Source: a virus (lineage: Duplodnaviria > Caudoviricetes). From it: a stretch of 64,000 bases of DNA. Position numbers and translations under genes: made by a program. A model generated the notes under the pieces. The model saw only the letters and a list, made by a program, of their open reading frames with translations, did not search any database and had not been told where the DNA came from. This document shows positions 9,467-18,567 of this stretch, one piece after another. The stretch lies in the IMG/VR virus record IMGVR_UViG_3300033061_001635, positions 32,001 to 96,000 of that record; one strand, given 5' to 3'. Position 1 is the first letter of the stretch. Every line of letters starts with the position of its first letter.

Positions 9467-9716
9467 TTTATTAGTATGGTGTGTTTATGGATTATTTGTT
9501 GGTAGTGTGGCCAAAGCAATTGTTCCAGGTGAAGAAAATTTTGGTTTTATAAAAACAGTTGCATTAGGTGTTGCTGGTTCATATATGGGAGGGGCGGTTT
9601 TGTATATGTTAGGTAAATACGAATCCTTATCTCCAGCAGGGTTATTTATGGGAGTAGCAGGAGCTATTCTCTCTCTTGTTTTATATAATAAGCTCCAGCA
9701 ACAGACCAAATCTTGA
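9459..9716 (+). CDS. GlsB/YeaQ/YmgE (transglycosylase-associated) family membrane protein
   Basis: W...GL..G..AKAIVPG....G...T..LGVAGS..GG pattern with three TM segments. Confidence 0.8.
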   Translation: MFNLLVWCVYGLFVGSVAKAIVPGEENFGFIKTVALGVAGSYMGGAVLYMLGKYESLSPAGLFMGVAGAILSLVLYNKLQQQTKS

Positions 9717-9752
9717 TCAAATAGCTTGAATGAAGCTTATAAGAAAAAATAT

Positions 9753-9780
9753 TTGACTAGCAGCAGAATTCTGCTATCAT
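9753..9780 (+). promoter_or_regulatory. Sigma70-like promoter with a palindrome in the spacer
   Basis: TTGACT-16 nt-TATCAT with a TGn extended -10. Perfect 14-bp palindrome AGCAGAATTCTGCT at 9762-9775. Confidence 0.55.
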
Positions 9781-9787
9781 ATGCTAT

Positions 9788-10270
9788 ATGAAAACAACAC
9801 CCCTCGCTAGACCATCATGGAACGATTATTTCTTAGGTCTTGCTAAAGTCATTTCGCAACGCAGTCACGATTCTCAAACACAGCACGGTTGTGTAATTAC
9901 AGATCAAAATAATAGAATATTGGGTGTTGGATATAATGGTTTTGCACGAGGCTTGGACGATGACCTGTTACCAACCACTCGTCCTGATAAATATCCGTGG
10001 ATGATACATGCAGAAAGAAACGCATTAAGTAATTGTGTTGTTAGACCAGACAACGGAGTAGCATATGTTACTGGCCAATGCTGTAATGATTGTATTATGG
10101 CATTATGGCAAGAAGGTGTCTCCACAGTCATCATGATGGATGATCATGGTACACATTTATTTGATGACAAAGCACAAAAACACTTTGATTCTTTTGTCAA
10201 AATGAGTCAAATCAATATTAGATACATTAAGCCAAACTTCAATTGGCTGAGACAAATACCCGGTGTATAA
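9788..10270 (+). CDS. dCMP deaminase
   Basis: WNDYFLGLA..ISQRS.D, GYNG, HAERNA and CxxC zinc ligands (CNDC). Confidence 0.9.
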   Translation: MKTTPLARPSWNDYFLGLAKVISQRSHDSQTQHGCVITDQNNRILGVGYNGFARGLDDDLLPTTRPDKYPWMIHAERNALSNCVVRPDNGVAYVTGQCCNDCIMALWQEGVSTVIMMDDHGTHLFDDKAQKHFDSFVKMSQINIRYIKPNFNWLRQIPGV

Positions 10271-10413
10271 TGAACTTACCAACAATAATATTTTATGGCA
10301 GTTTAATTTATTATTTTTATAATAGAGTTTATACTGAAGATTTATTAATGACAAATTTTTCTTTTCAAACCGCAATCATTATAGGCATCATTGCCATTTT
10401 AAATAGGAGATAA
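10270..10413 (+). CDS. Small two-TM membrane protein (47 aa), not in the ORF track
   Basis: TAATG-coupled ORF MNLPTIIFYGSLIYYFYNRVYTEDLLMTNFSFQTAIIIGIIAILNRR* fills the gap to nrdJ. Confidence 0.5.
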   Translation: MNLPTIIFYGSLIYYFYNRVYTEDLLMTNFSFQTAIIIGIIAILNRR

Positions 10414-10414
10414 T

Positions 10415-12604
10415 ATGTCTGCCCTTCAAGAACTTCAGAATTATACGTTTGTAAGTAAGTATGCTCGATGGATAGAAGATAAGAATCGCAGAGAAACCTG
10501 GAAAGAAGCTGTTGATCGCGTCAAAAATATGATGCATACCCAGTACCCAGATATCAAAGAAGATATTGATTGGGCATATGATATGATGTATAAGAAGAAG
10601 ATTCTTGGTAGCCAAAGAGCATTACAGTTCGGTGGCGAACCGATCCTCAAAAGACACGCTAAGATATACAACTGCACAAGTTCATATTGTGATCGACTCC
10701 GATTTTTCCAAGAGTGTTTCTGGCTACTCTTATGTGGTAGCGGAACAGGATTTAGTGTTCAAAAGCACCATGTTGCAAAATTACCAACATTAGAACATGA
10801 TATTCCTGATAATAACGAAGGAACAAAATATGTTATTGAAGACAGCATAGAAGGATGGGCAGATGCTCTTGGAGTTCTTCTTAGTTCTTACTTTAGTAAG
10901 CCAATTGAAGAATTCAAAATATACAAAAATACTTACGTTGTTTTTGACTATTCAAATATTAGACCCAAAGGATCATCATTAGCTAGTGGCGTAGGAAAAG
11001 CTCCAGGCTTTGAACCGCTGCAAAATGGATTAGAGAAAATCAGAACTCTACTAGATCGTTGTATTGCTAATGGTCAAAAGAAACTAAGACCAGTTGATGC
11101 TTATGATATTGTTATGCATAGTAGTGACGCTGTGTTGAGTGGTGGAGTTAGGCGTAGTGCTAGCCTTGCTTTATTCAGTCGTGATGACGAAGAAATGGCA
11201 AAAGCAAAAACAGGCAATTGGTACATAGATAATCCACAAAGAGCAAGAAGTAATAATTCTGCACTTCTACTTAAAAATGAAACAACATTTGAAGAATTTC
11301 AAGAATTGATGGAGAGTGTTAAAGAATTCGGAGAACCAGGATTTATTTGGAGTGACTCAACAGAAATGACATTCAATCCTTGCGTAGAGGTCGGAATGTG
11401 GCCAGTAGATGAAGAAACTGGAAAGAGCGGATGGCAAGGATGTAATCTATCTACTATCAACTGTTCATCAATTGAAGATGAAGATGATTTTTATGAAAGA
11501 TGCAAGGCTGCTGCTATTATAGGAACTCTACAAGCTGGATTCACCAAACTAGATTATCTTGGAGAGATCACTTGCAGAATCTTTGAAAGAGAAGCCCTAC
11601 TCGGAGTTTCCTTAACTGGAACAATGGAAAAGCATGATCTTATTCTTTCAGAAAAGGTTCTTCGTGCTGGAGCTAAAATTGCAGTTGAAACAAATAAAGA
11701 TCTTTCCAAGAAAATAAAAATTAATCAAGCAGCAAGAGTAACATGCTTAAAGCCAGAAGGAACAAGTTCTAGTATGCTTGGAACAAGCTCTGGTATTCAC
11801 CCGCATCACGCCAAACGCTATATAAGACACGTACAGGCCAATATTTTAGAAGCACCGTACCAGCACTTCAAAAAACTAAACCCACAAGCCTGTGAAAAAT
11901 CTAGTTGGTCAGCAAATAATACAGATGAGGTAATTAAGTTTCCAATAGAGGTTCCAGATGGAGCCAAATTAAAGAACCAATTACCAGCAGTAGAAATGTT
12001 ATCTATTGTTAAAGATACTCAAAAAAACTGGGTTCAAAGTGGAAAAAATAGATCATTATGCACTCAAGAATATCTAAGTCATAATGTCAGTAATACCGTA
12101 ACTGTGAAACCAGATGAATGGGACGATGTTACTAAATATATTTATGATAACCGTAAATACTTTGCTGGTATAAGTTTAATTCCACAGAGCGGAGATAAAG
12201 ATTATACCCAAGCCCCATTCACAACAGTTTATACTAGTCGTGAAATAGTTAAAGAATATGGAGATGCTGCATTATGGTGCTCTGGACTAATCCAATTAGG
12301 CTTGAATGCTTTTAATAATAATCTATGGGCGGCTTGTGATTATGTTAGTATGAACCAAGCAAAAGAAAATGATAGTCAAGATAAATTATTATTTATTACC
12401 AAAATGAAAAATTTTGCTGGTAAATATTTTGATAGTGACCTTAAGAGACTAACATATTGTATGAAGGATGTTTATAATTGGAAAATCTATTGCGATCTAT
12501 ATAACGGATTTAAAAAAGTAGACTATACACAACTTCTGGAAAATGAAGATAATACTGTGGGGATTGAGGAAATAAGTTGTGCTGGTGGCGCCTGTTTATT
12601 ATAA
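10415..12604 (+). CDS. nrdJ: Class II (adenosylcobalamin-dependent) ribonucleotide reductase, monomeric RTPR type
   Basis: YNC, SGGVRRSA, FNPCVE (thiyl Cys), GCNL, KPEGTSS and C-terminal CAGGAC. No NrdB gene nearby. Confidence 0.9.
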   Translation: MSALQELQNYTFVSKYARWIEDKNRRETWKEAVDRVKNMMHTQYPDIKEDIDWAYDMMYKKKILGSQRALQFGGEPILKRHAKIYNCTSSYCDRLRFFQECFWLLLCGSGTGFSVQKHHVAKLPTLEHDIPDNNEGTKYVIEDSIEGWADALGVLLSSYFSKPIEEFKIYKNTYVVFDYSNIRPKGSSLASGVGKAPGFEPLQNGLEKIRTLLDRCIANGQKKLRPVDAYDIVMHSSDAVLSGGVRRSASLALFSRDDEEMAKAKTGNWYIDNPQRARSNNSALLLKNETTFEEFQELMESVKEFGEPGFIWSDSTEMTFNPCVEVGMWPVDEETGKSGWQGCNLSTINCSSIEDEDDFYERCKAAAIIGTLQAGFTKLDYLGEITCRIFEREALLGVSLTGTMEKHDLILSEKVLRAGAKIAVETNKDLSKKIKINQAARVTCLKPEGTSSSMLGTSSGIHPHHAKRYIRHVQANILEAPYQHFKKLNPQACEKSSWSANNTDEVIKFPIEVPDGAKLKNQLPAVEMLSIVKDTQKNWVQSGKNRSLCTQEYLSHNVSNTVTVKPDEWDDVTKYIYDNRKYFAGISLIPQSGDKDYTQAPFTTVYTSREIVKEYGDAALWCSGLIQLGLNAFNNNLWAACDYVSMNQAKENDSQDKLLFITKMKNFAGKYFDSDLKRLTYCMKDVYNWKIYCDLYNGFKKVDYTQLLENEDNTVGIEEISCAGGACLL

Positions 12605-12632
12605 GAACAATATTACTCGTTATTCTTATAAA

Positions 12633-12640
12633 GGTGTATT
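12633..12640 (+). promoter_or_regulatory. GGTGTAT-type putative phage promoter
   Basis: Intergenic GGTGTATT 53 nt upstream of phoH. Confidence 0.5.
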
Positions 12641-12685
12641 ATTATATAGTATTTTAATACTCCTTATATAAGAAAAGGGCACACA

Positions 12686-13417
12686 TTGAGAAAAACCAAT
12701 AAAAACTCAAAGAAAAAAACTAAGGTTATTGACGCAACAAATAGTTTGGAGCCCAAAGGAGTAGCTTATAGAAATCGATTAAAACCAAGAACAGAAAATC
12801 AAAAAGAATACATAAGGACTGTTGCAGAAAATACTATTACATTTTGTCAGGGCTTAGCCGGTAGTGGTAAAACACATATTGCTATAGGAATGGCTCTTGA
12901 ATATCTTTTAGACGAAAAAGTAAAAAAGATTATTATCACAAGACCAATATTAGAAGCTGGAGAAAAAATGGGGTACCTCCCAGGATCAGCAGAAGAAAAA
13001 CTGCATCCTTATTTATTGCCTATACTAGATGAAATCGTACACTTTATAAGCTCAGCACACTATGCTTCACTAAGATTAAATAATAAAGTCGAAGTAGTGC
13101 CGCTTGGACTTATGAGAGGTCGTAATTTTCATAATGCCTTTATTGTTGCTGATGAATGCCAAAATGCATCATATGAACAATTAAAAATGTTGATAACAAG
13201 AACAGGACAATCTAGTAAAATGGTTTTAACTGGTGACGTTGCTCAGTCTGATCTAAGCAGACACCTACAAGGTGGTTTTAGCGATATGATATCGGCCCTT
13301 AATGGAGTTGAAGGTATAGGTTATTCTAAATTAGAAGCCTCAGATATTGTAAGAAATCCTATTATCTCTAAAATCTTATATAGACTTGATGACTATGAGC
13401 AGCAAAGCCGAAAATAG
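12686..13417 (+). CDS. phoH: PhoH-family ATPase
   Basis: GLAGSGKT, ITRP, GYLPG, MRGRNF, DECQN, TGDxxQ.D and RNPII motifs; TTG start. Confidence 0.92.
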   Translation: MRKTNKNSKKKTKVIDATNSLEPKGVAYRNRLKPRTENQKEYIRTVAENTITFCQGLAGSGKTHIAIGMALEYLLDEKVKKIIITRPILEAGEKMGYLPGSAEEKLHPYLLPILDEIVHFISSAHYASLRLNNKVEVVPLGLMRGRNFHNAFIVADECQNASYEQLKMLITRTGQSSKMVLTGDVAQSDLSRHLQGGFSDMISALNGVEGIGYSKLEASDIVRNPIISKILYRLDDYEQQSRK

Positions 13418-13979
13418 TAAATGCTTATTATTAAATGCTGACTATAGTCCATTACGAATAATATCTTGGCAAAGAGCAATAGTTTGGTCCATTAGATATG
13501 AGAATAATAGTAACTATGGTATAGAAATTATAGAATACTATGAAAATAAATATATTCAAGGATCAGGAAATAAGAAACATCGTGTTCCATCAGTAGCAAA
13601 AACACTTAAATATTTTAATCCATATAGTAGAAAAATTAGTTTTTCTAGGCATAATTTATTTATTCGAGATCAACATACTTGTCAGTATTGCGGACAACAG
13701 TTATGCTCTTCTCAATTAACATATGATCACATTATACCAAAATGCAGATTTATGGAAAATAAAAAATTATCAACTAATTGGAATAACATTGTTACTGCAT
13801 GTAGACCATGTAATCATAAAAAGGGAAATAGAACTCCTAAAGAAGCTGGTATGCAATTGATAAAATCTCCTATACAACCTAGTTATTCTGTAGAGTACTT
13901 GCCTTGGTATCAGGAATTGACTACTATAGACAGTACCCATTACGGTCAGTGGAAACAATTCTTAGCTCAAAATTATTAA
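13395..13979 (+). CDS. HNH endonuclease (McrA-like)
   Basis: LLLNADYSPL, RDQHTCQYCG, TYDHIIP and WNNIVTACRPCNHKKGNRTP. Confidence 0.9.
   Translation: MSSKAENSKCLLLNADYSPLRIISWQRAIVWSIRYENNSNYGIEIIEYYENKYIQGSGNKKHRVPSVAKTLKYFNPYSRKISFSRHNLFIRDQHTCQYCGQQLCSSQLTYDHIIPKCRFMENKKLSTNWNNIVTACRPCNHKKGNRTPKEAGMQLIKSPIQPSYSVEYLPWYQELTTIDSTHYGQWKQFLAQNY
13899..13927 (+). promoter_or_regulatory. Sigma70-like promoter embedded in the HNH gene
   Basis: TTGCCT-17 nt-TACTAT, about 60 nt upstream of ATG 13986. Confidence 0.45.
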
Positions 13980-13985
13980 TTTTAT

Positions 13986-14396
13986 ATGGACAACTTTATT
14001 TTTAAGCCGAATGATAATTTTGCTGATGAGATGTATTATTGCTTAATTGGAACAGAAGATTTTATTGATGGAAACGGAAGTCCGAGAGTAAATGATGGAT
14101 CGTCTTCAAACATCGCCGCAAAATGCATACAAAATAAAAAAACTAAAGTTATTTCACAAAATAATAACACTAAATTTTCTTATTTTATTAGAAGCAGTCC
14201 AAACTCTGATTTATATAATCCTATAAATTTGTTATCCCCAATTAAAAATAAAAGACAATATAATTTTATAGATAACATTTGTAAAAACGAATGGTCATTT
14301 ATAGAAGTTAATAAAAATACATTTGATAAATATATAAAATTTTTAACTACCAAAAATATATCATGGCTAAAAGAAGCTATTAGGGATCTTAAGTAG
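13986..14396 (+). CDS. Hypothetical protein, paralog of 15111..15488
   Basis: Shared motifs MDxFIF, YYCxxGxEDFID, NP, DNxC and YxxFLxxKNxSWL. Confidence 0.75.
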   Translation: MDNFIFKPNDNFADEMYYCLIGTEDFIDGNGSPRVNDGSSSNIAAKCIQNKKTKVISQNNNTKFSYFIRSSPNSDLYNPINLLSPIKNKRQYNFIDNICKNEWSFIEVNKNTFDKYIKFLTTKNISWLKEAIRDLK

Positions 14397-14400
14397 TATA

Positions 14401-14745
14401 ATGCCAACATATTCATATATATGTAAAAAATGTAATTCAGAATTTGAATTATTCTTTTACATTAAACATTACCAAGAACATCCAAATTGTATTAAATGTG
14501 AGAGTAAAAATACTCAAAGACTGTATATAAAAGATGTCATCACACAAAATACCTGTATAAAAAAGATGGATTCTGAACTAAAAACTATTGGCGATTTAGC
14601 CAACAGAAACAGAGATAAAATGAGTGAAGATGAAAAAATAGCATTACATAATAAACACAATTCATACAAAGAAGAAATACCAGACAAACCACTGCCCAAA
14701 GGAATGAAACGACTTAAAAAACAACCAAAGACAAAATGGACATGA
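14401..14745 (+). CDS. FmdB-family zinc-ribbon protein
   Basis: MPTYSYICKKC...FE......CIKC. Confidence 0.8.
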   Translation: MPTYSYICKKCNSEFELFFYIKHYQEHPNCIKCESKNTQRLYIKDVITQNTCIKKMDSELKTIGDLANRNRDKMSEDEKIALHNKHNSYKEEIPDKPLPKGMKRLKKQPKTKWT

Positions 14746-14746
14746 C

Positions 14747-15118
14747 ATGATAGAAGAATTAACAGAAGAACAAAAAAATAAAATAATAGAATCTATAGAA
14801 CAAATTCATAAGCAACATTCTGGTAATAGTACAGAAAGTTTAGCTCAAATAATTTCAGAAGATACAACTAAGCTTATAGATTGTAGACATGAAATTGTTA
14901 TTAATGTTATAGCTAGTATTTATGAACAAGACGACGAAGGAAAGACTACTGGAATTAAAGAAGTGGCAAAAAATAATTACCACATTCCAGTACCTCCAAA
15001 TAAAGACTATAATCAATATACAAAAGGATTTTTTGATTTCCTAGAAGGATGTATGTCTCACTCAAGTATCAAAACAGACGAAATGACGCCAGATTCCGGA
15101 GAACAAAACAATGGATGA
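14747..15118 (+). CDS. Hypothetical protein
   Basis: ORF in a tightly packed operon. Confidence 0.65.
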   Translation: MIEELTEEQKNKIIESIEQIHKQHSGNSTESLAQIISEDTTKLIDCRHEIVINVIASIYEQDDEGKTTGIKEVAKNNYHIPVPPNKDYNQYTKGFFDFLEGCMSHSSIKTDEMTPDSGEQNNG

Positions 15119-15488
15119 TTTTATATTCTCTCCAAAAGAGAAAAATGATAAACTTATAACAGAATACTATTGTATGACGGGTTCAGAGGACTTCATTGAT
15201 AATAATAATTATCCTCGTAAAAAAATAGATTCCAAAGATGTTGTTGCTAAAAGAATACAAAAAACAGATAATCCTACTCAGTATTTCATTAAAATATCTA
15301 ATGCAAATAAATTATTCAATCCTTTGAAATCTGGACTAGATGATAAGTCTTATAGTATTGTCGATAATGTTTGCAGACCATCCGATAAGTTCAAAACAGT
15401 GAATGAAAAAGTGTTTAATATGTATTTACAGTTCTTATCTTCAAAAAATCTATCGTGGTTAAATCAAGCAGAAAGAGAGATTATATAA
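15111..15488 (+). CDS. Hypothetical protein, paralog of 13986..14396
   Basis: Collinear similarity to 13986..14396; GGAG RBS. Confidence 0.75.
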   Translation: MDDFIFSPKEKNDKLITEYYCMTGSEDFIDNNNYPRKKIDSKDVVAKRIQKTDNPTQYFIKISNANKLFNPLKSGLDDKSYSIVDNVCRPSDKFKTVNEKVFNMYLQFLSSKNLSWLNQAEREII

Positions 15489-15817
15489 TGTCAAGAATTA
15501 CTAAAGTTCAAAAATACGCAATACATTGGCTAAATCATTCTGGAAAAAGTATAGAAGAAATATCCAAAGAATTGGACATCAAACCTTCACAAATAAGTAC
15601 TATTATTCCCGCTAATTCTCAACCAGAACCAACAAATGTCACTCATCAATTAGCAAAAACAAAAGACTTAATGATCACCCATACTTCTGGAAAAAAAAGC
15701 AATTCTGTAGCCATAATGACAAAAGAAGCTTCTGAGATAGCTGATGAAGCAAAAAAGAAAGCACCGATAACAAAAGGTAGAGATAGTGAAAGAGGGATTT
15801 TTAGACCTAAAAAATAA
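15488..15817 (+). CDS. Putative helix-turn-helix protein
   Basis: Start reassigned to the TAATG-coupled ATG 15488. GKSIEEISKELDIKPSQI is HTH-like. Confidence 0.5.
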   Translation: MSRITKVQKYAIHWLNHSGKSIEEISKELDIKPSQISTIIPANSQPEPTNVTHQLAKTKDLMITHTSGKKSNSVAIMTKEASEIADEAKKKAPITKGRDSERGIFRPKK

Positions 15818-15820
15818 CAT

Positions 15821-16243
15821 ATGTATCCCTCAAGATATTCTAATGGTAAGGATGTTACAGCAGCTCAATATATAACTGAACTTATATGTGAACATAAAGC
15901 TGTATGTGATAAACTAGATCTTCATTATAAATTTTGGATCAACAAAGAATGGTCAAAATACTATAGAGATCAAATTGCTACAGCTAATAAGTTATTAAAA
16001 AAATATGATGCTAAATCTATTATTAGGGCTTTAAATGATGCCAAAGCTGCAAAAATCTATTCTTTGCGAGCACCTCATCTGATAGCTATAATAGAAAAAC
16101 ATGATACGATTGTCAAAAATGAATCTAACTCTCTCGAAATAGATATAAATAGATCAGAGAATAAGAGTTTTAGAAACAAAAACCAACAGAATAAAAATAT
16201 ATTTTCCAAATTAAAGGAATTAGATGATGGCAACAACGCTTAA
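15821..16243 (+). CDS. Hypothetical protein
   Basis: ORF overlapping the recA start. Confidence 0.7.
   Translation: MYPSRYSNGKDVTAAQYITELICEHKAVCDKLDLHYKFWINKEWSKYYRDQIATANKLLKKYDAKSIIRALNDAKAAKIYSLRAPHLIAIIEKHDTIVKNESNSLEIDINRSENKSFRNKNQQNKNIFSKLKELDDGNNA
16064..16092 (+). promoter_or_regulatory. Sigma70-like promoter embedded upstream of recA
   Basis: TTGCGA-17 nt-TATAAT within the preceding CDS. Confidence 0.5.
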
Positions 16244-17246
16244 AGAAGATGTGATGAAAACATTTGGCGATCAGATCATATTATCTGGTAATGCTTTAGT
16301 GGATAAAAAAGTACTAACTATTCCAGTAAGTCCATCATTAGACATTGCTTTAAATGGTGGAATACCAGAAGGTAGTTTCGTAGTCCTAACAGGACAACCA
16401 AAATGTGGTAAAACCACGTCATCACTAGATTTTGCAGCAACTGCTCAGAAATTAGAATATGCTCATGGTTCTTTTAAAGATGGTCGCCAAGTGTATTACC
16501 TAAATATCGAGGGTAGATTAAAAAAAAGAGATCTAGAAGGAATACCCGGATTGGATCTTGCTAGATTTCATGTGATAGGTAGTCAACAAGGGAAGATTTT
16601 ACACGGAGAAGAATATTTGCAAATAGGAGAAAGAATCATTAATGAGATTCCTGGATGCGTACTAATCATAGACTCGTATTCTGCTTTATGTACAGAGGCA
16701 GAAATTACCAGTGATATGGACAAAATGCAAAGGGCCGACGGTGCAAAACTGCTAGCTAAATTTTGTCGTAAAGTTGCAAATGTTATTCCTGTTAATAAAA
16801 ATATTGTAATAGGCATAACCCACTTAATGGGAAATCCTACCGGCTATGGTGCAGAATTTAAAGAGAAAAGCGGCCAAGCTATTGCTTATCAAACTGATAT
16901 TAAGCTCAGGGCTAAAACATTTAAACCATGGGTAGTTGGAACTGATAATACTCAAATCGGGCAGGAGATCGAATGGCAGGTGGTCTGCTCGGCACTTGGA
17001 CCTCCTGGCGCAGTAACTACTAGTTATATCCGCTATGGTCAAGGAATAGACAAGTGTACGGAATTGGTCAATTTGGCATCTGATCTAGGAATCATTAGTA
17101 AGGGTGGAGCTTGGTATACGATCACAACTCTTGATGATAAACCTAAATTTCAAGGAACAGAAAAGGTCAGAGCATTTTTATTAGAAAATCCCAAAGCATA
17201 CGATACTATTGAAAAGTCTGTAAAAGAGGTTTTAGGTATTAAATGA
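16224..17246 (+). CDS. recA: RecA/UvsX-like recombinase
   Basis: SLDIALNGGIP, Walker A GQPKCGKTT, NIEGR, Walker B IIDSYSAL and KGGAWY. Confidence 0.9.
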   Translation: MMATTLKEDVMKTFGDQIILSGNALVDKKVLTIPVSPSLDIALNGGIPEGSFVVLTGQPKCGKTTSSLDFAATAQKLEYAHGSFKDGRQVYYLNIEGRLKKRDLEGIPGLDLARFHVIGSQQGKILHGEEYLQIGERIINEIPGCVLIIDSYSALCTEAEITSDMDKMQRADGAKLLAKFCRKVANVIPVNKNIVIGITHLMGNPTGYGAEFKEKSGQAIAYQTDIKLRAKTFKPWVVGTDNTQIGQEIEWQVVCSALGPPGAVTTSYIRYGQGIDKCTELVNLASDLGIISKGGAWYTITTLDDKPKFQGTEKVRAFLLENPKAYDTIEKSVKEVLGIK

Positions 17247-17653
17247 TAGTTAAAGATTTAGATAATAATAATGTAAATTGGCATTTAACAGGACATATTG
17301 CCAAGGGTAGGATACAAGGAAAATCATCATTCCATTTGGCTGCTAGAAAAATATTAATAGAACTATTCCCCACATTACAAATTTTAGAAGAAGTACCGAT
17401 ACCATTAAGAAAATCAGAAACATTATATTTAGATTTTTATCTACCTTTGGTTAAAAGGGCCATAGAAGTTCATGGTGAACAACATTACAAATTCATACCG
17501 TTTTATCATTCAAACAGAATCAATTTTTTAAAAGCACAAAAAAGAGATAATGAAAAAAAAGAGTGGTGCGAAAAAAATGGTATAAAACATATTACTTTAC
17601 CATATTTTGAAAACAGTGAAAAATGGAAGGCAATGATATTATATGACAACTAG
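17243..17653 (+). CDS. DUF559/Vsr-like PD-(D/E)XK endonuclease
   Basis: LDFYLP..AIEVHGEQHY...RDNEKKEWCEKNGI. Confidence 0.75.
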   Translation: MIVKDLDNNNVNWHLTGHIAKGRIQGKSSFHLAARKILIELFPTLQILEEVPIPLRKSETLYLDFYLPLVKRAIEVHGEQHYKFIPFYHSNRINFLKAQKRDNEKKEWCEKNGIKHITLPYFENSEKWKAMILYDN

Positions 17654-18140
17654 ATCATCAAAAGAAGATATACAATATTGGGATACTATTCTTGATGAAT
17701 ATGAGTCCTCTCTTTCTTTACCCAAATACGCGGCGCAGTACGGAGTAGCTGAACAAGAGATTAATCAATACCTAAGCATGAGCAGAGACGAAATAGAAAA
17801 AATCTCTCCAGAAGATTGTGCTCAAATTTCTTTTAGATTAGCACAGTTTGCATTTCATATACAACGAACAATTAACAGAGAAATTGCTAGACACAATTGG
17901 TCAGAAGAAAGTATTAAAGAGACAATAGCAGATGAAATAAATAATTATAAAGGTTATGGTTTTATCGAAAAATCTTTACAAGCAATAAAGCATAATGAAA
18001 AAGCAAATAGTCTAAATCAAATTAAAAAATATTCTAAACAAAGAATAGACAGATTAAGTTATTTAGCCAACAGTATTAAAAATCTATCAGATATTATGAT
18101 GGCAATTCAAAAAACTAAGGTGCAACATGGACCCAAATGA
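17643..18140 (+). CDS. Helical hypothetical protein (possible recombination mediator)
   Basis: All-alpha, coiled-coil-like sequence two genes downstream of recA. The function is inferred from position only. Confidence 0.5.
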   Translation: MTTRSSKEDIQYWDTILDEYESSLSLPKYAAQYGVAEQEINQYLSMSRDEIEKISPEDCAQISFRLAQFAFHIQRTINREIARHNWSEESIKETIADEINNYKGYGFIEKSLQAIKHNEKANSLNQIKKYSKQRIDRLSYLANSIKNLSDIMMAIQKTKVQHGPK

Positions 18141-18564
18141 TTTATTAAAAGACCCAGAACAACTTAAAGCCCTAATATCAATTTTACAAAGTCTTGTTGA
18201 TCAGACTCCTCAAGAAACTAAACAAAAACAAGATGTGGCACCAGCAAAGGAGTCGCCTACTATAAAGACGAAGGGTCGCCAAAAGGCAGGGACTAATAAT
18301 TCAATAAAAACCAAACAAACTAAAAAAATAACAACAGACAATATAAATAAATTTGATAAAATGTCTGAATTTAGAATGCATAAGGATGATTGTGCGGTTG
18401 ATAAAAAACTATCAAAACACCCTCCTGTAGCACGAATGAGGGACTTTGAATTTATTGATGTAGTATGTCGAGTTTGTGGTAAAAAAGAAACTGTTCCACC
18501 TACTCTGCTTTTTGATATACCTTCTAGATATAAATGCAATAATTGCTCAACACACTCTGGATAA
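18127..18564 (+). CDS. Hypothetical protein with a C-terminal zinc ribbon
   Basis: CRVCG...CNNC. Confidence 0.65.
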   Translation: MDPNDLLKDPEQLKALISILQSLVDQTPQETKQKQDVAPAKESPTIKTKGRQKAGTNNSIKTKQTKKITTDNINKFDKMSEFRMHKDDCAVDKKLSKHPPVARMRDFEFIDVVCRVCGKKETVPPTLLFDIPSRYKCNNCSTHSG

Positions 18565-18567
18565 AAT

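Noticed and set aside
12600-12630. Hairpin after nrdJ and a recurring TATAAGAA word (near 429, 9738, 12600, 12667)
   Set aside because: The stem is AT-only with no U-tract, and the word is expected often in such AT-rich DNA.
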